The translations under genes were made by a program, and so were the position numbers. Source: Saprolegnia diclina VS20 (lineage: Eukaryota). Taken from it: 64,000 bases of DNA. The stretch's first letter is position 1, and each line of letters begins with the position of its first letter. Under the pieces are notes generated by a model that was given only the letters and a program-made list of their open reading frames with translations, searched no databases and was not told where the DNA came from. The stretch spans positions 222,974 to 286,973 of the forward strand of contig NW_008246088.1 of the NCBI RefSeq assembly GCF_000281045.1, written 5' to 3'. Positions 24,068-35,465 of the stretch are shown here, in pieces.

Positions 24068-25175
24068 TAATACGAGGTACAAATCGCAGCAGAAAGGACC
24101 ACACGCACGGTTCTTCTTCATACACGTTACTGTCTATCGCTGTCAAAGGTACGAAGCGGTTCCGGCTTTTCTCCATTGAACCCTCTGAAACCAAATACTA
24201 CTTCTGGAAGTCGCTAAGAAAACCTAAGGTGCATAAATATTGCCTAAGGCATCGCCATGCTGCGACACCAGGCGCCGCGGCCAATGTTGTTGGTGTCACA
24301 ACCACTGCGGCGGTCGTAATCCCTTGCGTAACGAGAGCATGGCGCAGCGCCTTGATCGCTTGGCGAGCGTCGCCTGCCGTCACTCTGCCACTCGCCTTCC
24401 ACCTGCGATTGCGCTGCACAACTCCATGACCGCGACGCCTCTCTTCGCGCGTGGCTCTGAAGTCGGTGCCAAAGAAACGTCACGCTTCAAGCCTCATGGG
24501 ACGCTCGCTCGCTCTGCCGTGCAGAGGCCTGCGTCCACGCTTCGTGGTGTGGCGGCAGCGAGGAGGTTGGTTTGATCCGAGTGGGCAGCGTCACGAACAT
24601 GCGACGTAACGCCATCGGGCCTGTCTAGACTTGATCTTCTGGCGGTCCTGCATTTGGAGGACGGGTATGAGGCCGGGAGCCTTCAAGTAGCACTCGGCCA
24701 CGCGCGATTGAGGACTGACCCGACAGTCTTCTACGGAGGTGCGCGTCGCCGCCGCCGATCCTCCGCCTTCGCAATCGTTTGTGGCAGGATTCTTGCTAGT
24801 GTCCATCTGGCCCTTGGTCGGGTGGCGTCAAATTTGTCCGTGGGTGAAGCGCTTCGATACAAACTCCAAGTGTTGTTTCTGCTGAGAACTCGCCTTGTGG
24901 CTTGAACCTAAAGCCATCTGGGTGTGGAATATACCAACCAACGTTCGTATTGAGAGGTGTTAAAGTGATAGTTGGTGGGAACTGTCGATGAAAATATAGA
25001 GTAGGTTCGTAAAGCCCGGGAATGTCGAAACCCATCCATCGCATGGGCTGTGACTCACGCTTGGCGTACCCGGCGTCACATGGGTCGGCAACGCTGATGG
25101 GCGACGGCTTCGTCTTGACGAATGTATGGTTTACGCGCAAGGGCTTGCTGACCCGATCTGGCGTGCGCAACGTTG

Positions 25176-25191
25176 CCACTCCCTCTTTTGC
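25176..25191 (+). promoter_or_regulatory. Oomycete INR+FPR core promoter element
   Basis: ccactcc-ct-cttttgc fits YCAYTYY-NN-MWTTTNC and ends 14 nt before ATG 25206. Confidence 0.55.
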
Positions 25192-25205
25192 CTTGCCTTT
25201 GAAAC

Positions 25206-25898
25206 ATGAAGTTCTTTGCCGTGCTCTTGGCGGCTGTGGCCATCGTCTTTGCCCAGGAGACGACGACCGATGCGCCGACGACCAAGCCGGCCGCGAGCAA
25301 GACGCCTGCGCCCACCAAGTGCGCTCGCCAGTACACGAGCCCGTGCACGACCGCGGCTGACTGCGGTGACCTGAACGGCTTCAACCTGACGTGCATCACG
25401 TCGGGCGACAACAAGATGTGCTCGTTCAACGGCGGTGTCGCAGTCATCAACGTGCGCCAGAACTCGTCGGCCGACGGCTTGGTGCACCAGTACGGCGACT
25501 GCACGATCAACCAGTGCAACAGCGGCCACGGCTTTACGGAAGACAAGACCAACATCATTACATGCCAGGAGACGCTCGCTTGCGTCAAGGAAATCAACGA
25601 CAAGCCCGGCGTCGTGCTCCGCTCGCAGTGCCACACGTGCGGCAGTTGCAAGGCGCAGTCGGTCAAGGAAACCCGTTTCGACTGCACCAAGGTCTGCCCC
25701 AAGACGCCGGCGCCGACGACCAAGTCGCTTGCCCCGGGTGCGACGGCCGCGCCTGGCTCGGGCAGTGGCTCGACGGCGACTACCACGCGTGCGCCCAAGA
25801 CTGCTGCCCCCGTGGCGACGACGGCTCCCTCGAGCGCGTCCTCTCTGTTCGCCAGCGGCGTTGTCGTCGCGGCGATTGCTTTTGCCCAACTCTGCTAA
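25206..25898 (+). CDS. Secreted Cys-rich protein with Thr/Ala stalk and GPI-like tail (paralogue of 19950-20585)
   Basis: Signal peptide MKFFAVLLAAVAIVFA, 14 Cys in the domain, C-terminus SSASSLFASGVVVAAIAFAQLC. Confidence 0.87.
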   Translation: MKFFAVLLAAVAIVFAQETTTDAPTTKPAASKTPAPTKCARQYTSPCTTAADCGDLNGFNLTCITSGDNKMCSFNGGVAVINVRQNSSADGLVHQYGDCTINQCNSGHGFTEDKTNIITCQETLACVKEINDKPGVVLRSQCHTCGSCKAQSVKETRFDCTKVCPKTPAPTTKSLAPGATAAPGSGSGSTATTTRAPKTAAPVATTAPSSASSLFASGVVVAAIAFAQLC

Positions 25899-26019
25899 GA
25901 GTACATTTACATACACCTATGTAACCCTAACTTCGACTATACGCTCCTTTGGGCTTCAACGAGTACCTCCTCCGTCGGTCGCTGCACGCAGTGATACACA
26001 AGCACAGTTGTACGAAAGG

Positions 26020-26744
26020 TCATTTGGTGGTGCCTCTGATGATGTAGTACACAAGCACGCTGATGCTGAACGTCAAGTGCAGCGTGATCATGGTCAGAAA
26101 GAGGTAGAACCACTTGAGCGTGCGCTTCCCGATGCATTTGCCCGTCCACGGGCAGTGATGGTCGAGCTACATAGACCGGCGATGAGTACCTGTAGACCAC
26201 ATGCATATCTTCGTGTAGATACCCCGTCGATGCACACTTCGCACTCGTAGCAGTGGACTGCGTTGGCCGGGCGGCGGATACGGCAGTGGGCTAGAACGCT
26301 GTGAGCAGAAGTCAGAGAAGAGTGCATGGCCGTACCGCAGAGCACGCCTTCGTCTTCGCCGGCGGGATTGACATAGTCTTCGCGGATGATGCCGGGATCG
26401 CTGCACGCCACCATCGCAAACGAAAGGAAAGTGAGCACGATCGAGAGCACCAAGACCGCGATGACCCACGCCGTGATGTTGCGATCGAACGAGCAAATGA
26501 ACGACGGCGCCAAGATGAGTGCGAACGTAAACGTCATGCACGGCCAGTTGGGCCCGACATGGCACACGCTCGGGAACGCCATCGCCGTGCCACCTTTGTG
26601 GAAGAGATAGTGGGTATGGCCGGCGCTAAAGCAGCAGCCGCCGGGCCGAGCGTCTTCGAGGATCGTCACCGCATGGTCGTCGATCGTCGGCGCCGACGCG
26701 TCGCGCTCCTTTGGGGTCTGCAGCGCCATGAGGTCCGTCTCCAT
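26020..26744 (-). CDS. DHHC-type palmitoyltransferase
   Basis: Spliced: ACSDPGII, CAHCRIRRPANAVHCYECEVCIDG|LDHHCPWTGKCIGKRTLKWF, with flanking TM helices. Confidence 0.92.
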
Positions 26745-27253
26745 CGATCGACCGCGGCAACGGTCGGCTTGGTGTTTTTCGAAGTCGAAGTTCCGAGTGA
26801 TTGAATCCAGCGCAAGATGGCCATACACAACCAAGCAACGCGTTAAAGTCGCGTTAAACGCCGATACCCCATGTACCCACGACGAGGCCATGACGCACGG
26901 CGTGTCGGAGACGTCCCTGCGCAATTGAAGCTCCGCGAGCTTCTTGCGTCGCTGGTGCCAGCGCCAGCGGGCAAGACGATCCGACGACCAGACGCAGCAA
27001 GAATTCACCAGCGTCGAAGCTACCAACAACAATATGCATACTTGGCAGCGCTGCAAGCAGCGGATGCTACATGTATTGAATCTGCCTGACTGCAGCATGA
27101 CACGCGCCGTGGGCTCGCGACGGCTGCCCTTTCTCGGTACTCGACGTAGCGCGCTCGGCTGTACTCAGTACCATATTCGTGCAAACGACACGGACGCACC
27201 CAAGAAATCTAAAGCGACATCGTTGCGGAGCATCCGATCAAATTGCTATTCAA

Positions 27254-27631
27254 CTACGACGAGGTCGTGGCGACGTGGGTCGTGAGCTGCGCGTGCAGCG
27301 AGAGCATGGTCGACCGAATGGCCTCGCACTGCTTGTTGAGTAGCTTGCGCTGGTCGCGAATGTCGTCTTTGCCCGTGACCAAGTCGGCTGTGATGATGCC
27401 ATCGACACCGTGGAACTGAAGCTTGTCGAGGCTGCCGCACATTTGCGCGATCGCGTCCTTGGACTCGACGAGCTCCGACTTTGGGACGTTCGCCGTCGCG
27501 TTGTGCACGGCGACTTGCCACTCGATCTCCTTGACGCGGCGCTCGAGCTTGGCGATCGCCAGCTGCAAGTTGTTGAGGCTCTGCAGGGCGGCCTCGCTCG
27601 CCGAGCTGTAGGCGCGACTGCGGGATGGCAT
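27254..27631 (-). CDS. Small helical protein, BAG-domain-like
   Basis: 125 aa, amphipathic helices. GSLDKLQFHGVDGI...GKDDIRDQRKLLNKQ resembles the BAG signature (LD...g...iR..RK). Confidence 0.55.
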   Translation of the reverse strand: MPSRSRAYSSASEAALQSLNNLQLAIAKLERRVKEIEWQVAVHNATANVPKSELVESKDAIAQMCGSLDKLQFHGVDGIITADLVTGKDDIRDQRKLLNKQCEAIRSTMLSLHAQLTTHVATTSS

Positions 27632-28155
27632 GCTGCTTCGTCGGCCGTCAACCTATTTTTGCCGTCCAACTTCGCGCTCGATAAAACTTCGACGCGGACA
27701 CTTCGAATACCGTTCTCCAGCGGCCTTACCCGACTTGACATCCGATAACCTTTATTTCTAAGAGACAAATCACAGCCAAGCCACCACAGAGTATGCGTTG
27801 AGCGACGTGCCGCTAACAACAACGCGTCTCTACGATAGCAACCCACTCGCGCAAGCTCATCCCTTCAAGTACAAGGTATCCCGAGCGCAGCAGCTCCAAG
27901 CTTCACAGCGCAGTCTTCTCCCGAGGACGAGGGGTAGGTCTACTCGGCCCAGGACCATTTTCTCCAGCTCATTCGATGCACACCGACCATCCATGACAAT
28001 AAATTATGTTATTGAAGACAACTAAATAAGCAACAACTACGCAAAGCGAAGAATGCGCAGAGGAATCTGCACCGGCGTGGACGTAGCACCGCTCGCCGCG
28101 TCCTCGGCCGTGTCCCCAGTCGCGAGACGCCGCACTCGCTGATTCTACGCTCAGG

Positions 28156-30248
28156 TCATAACAATGTGCCGCCTGCACGCGTCGACAAGACCAACCTGTA
28201 TGCCGACTTCGGGGGTGGCCACGGCGCGCTCCTTGCTGCTGTTGTCGTCGTCGCCTGGCCATGCAATTGCGTGGGGCGTGTACCAGTCGATCCTTGAGGC
28301 AACCTCGCTTCGACGGCTACAGCCATGTCCATAACGAAGATACGAAGATCGCGGACGTACGAGCGCTTGCGCTTCTTTGGTTGAGCCAGTGCAAACTTGC
28401 CATCGATCGCGTGCTGGCTCATGCCGTCGGGCACGAAGCGCAGTCGTGGGTCCTCCTCTAACATGGCGTAAACGAGGCCATCGACGTCGCCAGCGTGTGG
28501 GTCCAGCCGTGCCAAGTCCAGAATCTCTCGCACGTCCAGTGTATCTCCCGGTGCCCGCTGTTGATCGTTTAAGCGATCGAGTGCCATGCCAAGACAGTTG
28601 ATGACAACGGCGCGTGGCACGCGTGTTGGCGCCACGCGCTCGGCCTTGGCGAGGAAGGCAGCATCGCCGTCGGTAAATGGCCTACGCGTGCGGCGTCAGA
28701 CAAATGGAGAACACAAGAATATCGTACAAGAGCTGGTGGTGGGGGTTGCTGACAAGGCAAAAGTTGCCGCGTCCAAGCGCGTCCGCACCGTACAGAACGC
28801 GGTCGTCGGCGCGCAGGCGATCGATGATGCCGCCAACGTACTCGTCGAGCGTCACGAGGCCTTCTGGCTGCAGTTTCGCAGCTTGCGCCGCAATGTACGC
28901 GTACGAGACTGTCGGCTGCGTTCGCAGCTTGTCCAGAACGTCCGCCAAGAGGTGTGTTGCAGCACTCACAACGTCGAGCTTGACAGCGCGCACAAAGCGG
29001 TCGCCGTCCAGGTGCAGCCGGTCGTCACTGCAGAGACGCTTGACGAGGTGGGCGTAGAGCCCGTCGGGGGTCCAGCCCGGCGCACGCATCTGCTGCGTCT
29101 CGTCTCGTAGGCGCTGCAGCGGGAAAAACGCGTGGCGTTCCAGGTGCGTCAACACCATCGTCGTCATGCGGCGCAGCGCGTCATCGGCACGCACGGGGAC
29201 AGCAGCCGGCCTAATGAGCAGCGTCAGTTTGAGAAGATCCAGGAACGAATGGACGAACACAGGGGGCGCTCGGGGCGCTTCCGTTGGCAGTGCAAAGTAG
29301 CTGGCACTCGGATCTTGGCCCTGAACGAACGCAATTTTCGGATCCCGGCGCATGGCGTCAACGACACTCTGCGCGAAGGCGTCGTCGTCGATGTCCTCTT
29401 GCGACTTGGTGGCCTTCTTGGCCTTGTAGCGGAGGCAAGGAAACCCGCGCCGGCGCCGGCCCTCGGCGAGGATCGTCGCAACAGGAAACCGCGATACGTG
29501 CTGCAGCGTCGCCAGCGCCATGGCCGTAAACTTTGGCACCGCCGAATCGAGCGAGAGCGTCATGCTGGCGTCATACGCGCTGTGGGCTCTCGCAAAGACG
29601 CCCCGGCCCTTCTTGTCGAGGGAGTAGACCATGCGCGGGTCGAGCTTCATGGCCTCGACGATCGCGCTGGCATACGCTTTCGGGTCGACGTTCTGGGACA
29701 CCATTGTCTTGGCCTGGCCAAAGAGGTTGGTCGTCATCCACGCTGGCTGCATCCGCAGCACGTGGATCGCGACGCAAGTCCACTTGTGGACGTCCAACTG
29801 AAAGGCATCGGCGTACGAAAGCCCGACCCGGAGCGCCTTGGTGAAGCCTTTGGTGTCAGAGAGCTGGGCTTGCGCACGCGTCGCCTTCTGAAGCGCCCGG
29901 CGGTGCCAAATGTACGGGTTCCGCGCATCGCCATGGCCTTGCAGGATGCCCATGGCCTTGAGCCGGTTCGCCACGTGGCTGCGCCCATCGCTCTTGTCAC
30001 GCAGATGATGCCACCTAACGTTCAAAGCGCATGAGGTATATGCGTCCATCGCGTATGTACCAAGCCTCGAATTGTGGCGAGCAGCGCGCCGAGGCCTCGT
30101 AGACGTTGAGGAGCTGAACGAGGTCGGCCTTGGCGACGACAATCTCGAGGCGGCGCCAGTCGCAGAGGAACTCGAGGAAGACGAGCTCCTCCAGGACGTC
30201 ACGGACCATCGTCTCGTGTTCGTGCTTGACGAGGTGGTCGCCTGCCAT
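28156..30248 (-). CDS. Uncharacterised protein with tandem winged-helix-like modules (paralogue A)
   Basis: ATG 30248, intron 30015-30060, long ORF, intron about 28682-28728, last exon to about 28156. Repeats such as KAYASAIVEAMKLDPRMVYSLDKKGRGVF and DEYVGGIIDRLRADDRVLYGADALGRGNF. NLS-like PKKRKR. Confidence 0.65.
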
Positions 30249-30915
30249 CCTCTGCGTTGCTGCTGCTCGCGGATGGAATAGTGTACGCCCTTCGTAAATA
30301 GTGTGATCTGGCCTTTCCAACGGTTGCGTGAACCTCGTCCTGCCTGCACCCTTTCCTCGACCCGCCTGCGTGGCGCAACGCCGTGGCTCTGCAGATCGAA
30401 CCAAGTCGCAAGGCGCCCAAGAGCAATCACGTAGCCCAGCAATGGACCAGCCGCAGCGTCTGCGCTGACGACCACTGCCTGCTCGAGCTCGTCGCAGGAG
30501 GCAAGCCTCTACGGGGCATTATTGTCGTCGAACACTCATTCCACGGGGCTTGGTTATGGCCCCGCAGCTCATTCGCACCGTCGCCGTGTACAGACATGCT
30601 TCGTTCTCAAGGTTACAGCAGGCGCACGACGTCGTTGGAATCGCTCTGCTCGGCGCACGCAAGAGGTCGGAGCCAGCGCCACGCACGGCAACGCCAAGCC
30701 CCTGATGTTTGGCCCACGGACCCTTCAGGATGCAACGTGTGGGACTGAGCGCCGCCGTTGTAACATCCGCCAAGCCGAGGCGAGGCGACAACGATATGCT
30801 GCGACACGCGGGAAGGGCCATAGAAACCGGCAGTTGACGGATGACTTCAAGTTTGCACCGAGCAACGGCCTCGGATCGCACTCGCCGTTGTGCCACGTAC
30901 TGCACAAGCAAGCGC

Positions 30916-32368
30916 ATGAGCATGAGCATGAAGGCGACCACAATAAGCTACGCCCCGCGCGTGACCAAGTGGTGGACGCAGCTCGCACTCATCAACTTTG
31001 TCATCTTCATCGCCGAGTCGTCGCGGGGGATCGTCATGCCGACGCTCTTCCTCTACTGCCAGTCGCTCGGTGGCGGCCTCTACGAGATGGGTCTCTTGAC
31101 CTCCGTCTACAGCGTCGGCCGCCTCATTTCATCGACCGTCTTTGGCTACCTCTGCGACAAGTACTCGTTCCGCGCCGTGTACATTGCGTCGGCACTCATT
31201 GGCCTCGCCGGCAACTTCGTCTACTTTGTCCCGAGCACGCGCGCGCTCATCATCAGCCGCTTCTTCGTCGGCGTGAGCTCCGGTAACCTCAGCGTGTGTC
31301 GGTCCAACGTCGCGGCTATGACGACCGTTGGCGTTCGGCTCAAGTACCTCACGATCCTCGCGATCTCGGTGTACTTTGGGTACGCCCTCACGCCCGGCCT
31401 CGACGGCTTCATGACGGGCATCGACTACCACATCTTGGGTCTTCCGCTCAACGAGCTCACGGGTAAACCTCGACATTATGGTTGCCGGTGGACTGAGATC
31501 GAATGTGCTAGCGCCAGGGCTGCTGCTCGTGCTCATGAACTTGGTCACGGTCGTGCTCATGGTTTTCATCTACGACGACTCGATCAGCGTCCACGACGCG
31601 CCGGAAGCCGCGGTCGACGCGACCAAGAAGAAGACGCCGTCGCCCAGCGACACCTTTGTGCTCTCGGACAAGCTCGTGTACGCCGGCGTCATCCTCTTCA
31701 TCATGCTCAACGTCGTCGCCCGCGGTGTGCTCTCGATCTACGAGACGATCAACGTGCCGCTCTTTGTGCAAGTGACTGGCGACTCGCACGACAATGTGAT
31801 TGTCGCGGCCTCGACGTTCCAGTTCAACCTCGGTCTCCTCGGGTAATGACACCGTGTCCGTCACAACCTCGATTCAGCTCATGCGGTGTCTAGGCTGCTG
31901 GCGTACGTGGCCATTGAGATCTGGCACCACGTCGTCTCGGACGTCGTGCTGCTCGCCATTGGGTTTGGCGGCCTCGGACTTGGCAACTTGATCTTGGCGC
32001 TGCACGCGACTCCGACGTACACGGAGCTCTGGACTGGTGTCTTCTTCCTCTGGAGCGTCGGCAGTCCGATCACGACCGCCGTCTGTGTCTCGGCCTTCTC
32101 CAAGATCCTCGGCACGCGCCAGCAAGGCAAGTGGATGGGCCTCCTGGGCTCAGCGGCCTCGGTCTCGCGCATCATCATGCCGATGCTGCCGGCAGCTTTT
32201 GCGACATTTGCGCCTGTCTTTTGGATGGACGTTGTGCTCTGTGTCCTCAGCATCGCTATGCTCATCGCGTACGACGCTGCGGTGACGCGCGAGAAGACGA
32301 CGGCCCGCGGCGATGCGTTGCTCTGCCAGTCCACGCAGCCCGACTATGCGAGCGTCGCCCACGCATAG
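30916..32368 (+). CDS. MFS transporter (MFSD8/CLN7-like)
   Basis: About 12 TM helices, with FIAESSRGIVMPTL, SRFFVGVSSGN and FSKILGTRQQGKWMGLLGSAASVSRI. Two short introns. Confidence 0.88.
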
Positions 32369-32424
32369 TTGGCGATAGAAACACTGCCATGTTTTTGTTT
32401 TGAGTCTTGAGAGGTGGAGTGCCC

Positions 32425-34027
32425 TTATTCGTTGGCCAGATCCAGGGGGATCCGGGGCGGCACGACCCGCTGTTTTCGGAGCCCGTCCTCGACGCCGTCG
32501 TTGGGTGGCGTGCCGGCCTCGACCAGCGCCTTGCGCCGGACCTATTGCACCATGAGCACGACAGACAGATGGGTAGGACATACCTGGAGCCGACAGTCGT
32601 CCGTCTCGAGGTGCATGGGACGTGGCGTGACCTCGGTCGGAAACAAGACGAGCCGCGGCTCGGCCCACGCCATGCTGACGTTCACTGTCGGCATCGACCG
32701 CTTGATCTTCTTTGGCGGCGGGTCCAGCAAGGCCGGTCTATCGCCTGATGAGCCGTCGGCACGAAGAGTGCAAGCAGACCTTGGCGCGGCGTTGCCAGCT
32801 TTGGTAAAGTACGCGCGGCCCTTCTCGTCGACTTCGAAATGCAGCTGCGGGTTCTGCTTCATGCGCTGCACGACTTGGTGGAGGTACCGGTCGTGCGTCC
32901 ACTGGGGCGGCACGCACGCCTTGGTTTCTTCAAACAAGAACGAGATCGCAAACATCGGCACATACTGCAGCAGCTCGAGCGCAAGCGCGGAAAAGTCGTC
33001 GACCGCGTTTGGCACTGCGAGCGGGCCTTTGGGCAGGCGGTCCCGCAGCCCGCCGTCGCTCTTCGGCGTCGGCAGCAGCGACGACGCGGGGGGCGCATCA
33101 AAGCCTTGGCGCCGCGCAAAGGTAAAGTAGCTGCGCTCAAAGGTCGGGCCGTCGACAAACTGGAAACGGCCGTCGCGGCGGAAGCGCTCAAGGACGCGCG
33201 CAATGTACGCGTCTTGGGCGCAGCCCTCGAGGCGCGAGTTGCGCACCATCTCGAGCATGTGTGTGATCGGGTACGTGTCGTCTCGCTGGAGCACGTCGAG
33301 CGCTTCGTTGATGTAGTTGGCGGCGGCCGCCTGGAACGGCAGCGGCGGCTTGACGTACCCATTGCTGCGTAACCGAAAGATCATTTGCCCTTGGTGGTCC
33401 GAGACAAGCTCGATCTCGGGGTGGCGCTCCATCTGCTGGAGCAGCGTTGCAATGTACGCGTCCGCGTCCACGTAGCTGGGGAGGCGGAAGCGCAGCTCGC
33501 TCTCAATTTTCGAGACGTAGTACGGCTGCCGCTTGGTCAAGCTCGAGAACGCGTATTTGGTGTACATGACCACGTCGTAGTTGATCGCATCGTTGTAGCG
33601 CAATGGCGCCGAGAGCACGAGGCCCTTTCCGCGCGCTTGGATCGCGCGGTGCATCGCCGAGAAGTTCCACTTGAACGGCTGCGATGGCGACCCGTCGCCA
33701 TCGATGAGGCCCATCTCGTTCATGCGGTGGAGGAGGATGCGGCAGCCCTCGTCGCGGTCCGAGAGCCACGACCACCTACGAGGCGCATACGGTCAAGCGC
33801 AGAGGCAATGGGCGTGGCTACCAGTTGGCAAACTGCGGCGACGTCTGGCGCGACGCTGCGTACTCGTCGAGGAGGTCGACAAAGTCGGGCCGGTAGTGCA
33901 CGCTGCGGCTCACGTCCGGGAGGTCCACGAGGTACTCGAAGAAGGGCAGCATGCTCATGACGTCGCGCTCGATGCGCACGTTGTCCCGCTCCGGCGGGCC
34001 ATCGTCGTACGCCGACCGCGTCGCCAT
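32425..34027 (-). CDS. Uncharacterised protein with tandem winged-helix-like modules (paralogue B)
   Basis: ATG 34027, intron 33776-33821 at the same codon position as in paralogue A. Repeats DAYIATLLQQMERHPEIELVSDHQGQMIF, DAYIARVLERFRRDGRFQF and DRYLHQVVQRMKQNPQLHFEVDEKGRAYF. NLS-like PPKKIKR. Confidence 0.7.
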
Positions 34028-34083
34028 CGCCGAATTGCTCCAACGTGGGGAAACCAAGCGCTGGGGTCCGGAGCCCCGCCTGC

Positions 34084-34096
34084 GATTGGCTAAAAT
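34084..34096 (-). promoter_or_regulatory. CCAAT-box-like element upstream of paralogue B
   Basis: gattggctaaaat (reverse complement attttagccaatc), about 57 nt upstream of ATG 34027. Confidence 0.45.
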
Positions 34097-34552
34097 GCGG
34101 CGCCCCGTCCAAACTAAAACGGGCCGCCACACGCGCCGTGACACCTGCAACGTCATCGCCACCCCAGCAGCTCACACCATATTCACTATATACAGTACTG
34201 CTCGATTCCTATGACAACTTGTGCAATGACCAAGGACCAGTAGGACGTTAGACGATGCCAGTGCACTTGCACCGTGCGAATTTTGCAAACTCTGTATTGC
34301 ATCCAGTGTATCTTGAGCACCAGGCTGGGATTAATCGATGCGTCCGCGATCAAGGCCTCACCGGGATCACCGCTGGTCCCGCACCTCTAATGCTGCATCG
34401 TCTGACGCCGGTAGTGCGTCGGCGTCGCTGAGAGCAGCTCCCGATGAAGCTCGACACAAACCTAGAGCGCTAGCTCCTCCTATAGCCCCGAGACTGCGTT
34501 CGGATGAGCAAGAAGATACGCGTCGTGGACCTTGATGAGAGGTCTCATCACC

Positions 34553-35423
34553 ATGGCGCTCCGCAGCTCGTCTACAGTCGCCGTGTGGGACCATGCTCGG
34601 ATCTCAAAGCCAAGTGCGAGGAAGCCCGACTTCAACTTGCGGCAAGATCGCAACCGGCCAAAACCGGCTTGGTATCCGGATGACGTGCAGCTTCGGAACA
34701 TCTCGCACGATGGAGCGGCAGGCGGCGTCGTCGTGGCGGCGCAGCCATACACCTCCACACAGTAGTCGGCGGCAAGCAGCGGCGATCGATCGTGAGAGAC
34801 ATCTTGGCGCTGCCCAGCGAACGTCGCCTGGCAGCGCGACGAGGAAGCGAGACCGGGCGCCACCCGAGCAGGTCTGGCGAGCCTACGAGCCCGACATGGA
34901 TCCGTTTCGACGCCAGCCACTAAGCGCCGATGCAAGCTCGGCTACCATAGACGCAAGTACGCAGACAGAGGTGATCGCAGATGACCTCGGACAATACGGC
35001 CCCGTGCACTTGATGAGCATGGCGACGATTGACGAGGTGATGGCCCGTCTGAGCGAGGTACTACTACGTACGCCTCGTACAACGACGATCACGCCACGTT
35101 GTTTGTAGCGAAAGACCGACCTGCAGCGCCAGTGCGAAGAAGCTGTCCCGGCTCCTGAGGATTCTGAGCCCGCCACGACCGGTGACGAGCACATCTTGCT
35201 GCCTGACGACACGCCGGTGCAAGCCCCACCGCGGAGCCGGTCCTACGAAGCGCTCGTGCAAATGGAAGCGATCCTTGAAGCGCGCCATCGACAGCTCATG
35301 GAACACGGAACCCTCGACGCCTACGCGCGAGCGCCGGCCAAGACACGACTCGCGATGGCCGACATTCAAGATGAGATAGCACGCATGCACATGCAGCTGC
35401 ACCCGCGCTCCAATGCCCAGTGA
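34553..35423 (+). CDS. Hypothetical protein (exon structure uncertain)
   Basis: Coding-like ORF segments (...DPFRRQPL...EVMARLSE|RKTDLQRQCEE...EARHRQL...QDEIARM) joined by a plausible intron at about 35058-35108. Start uncertain. Confidence 0.4.
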
Positions 35424-35465
35424 CACCACAAATGACTGTCGAGACTTCAACATTTTTGCGATTTG

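Noticed and set aside
22448..25179. Short ORFs possibly encoding a transposase or retroelement protein
   Set aside because: No DDE, RT, integrase or gag motifs could be identified; treated as intergenic or decayed repeat DNA.
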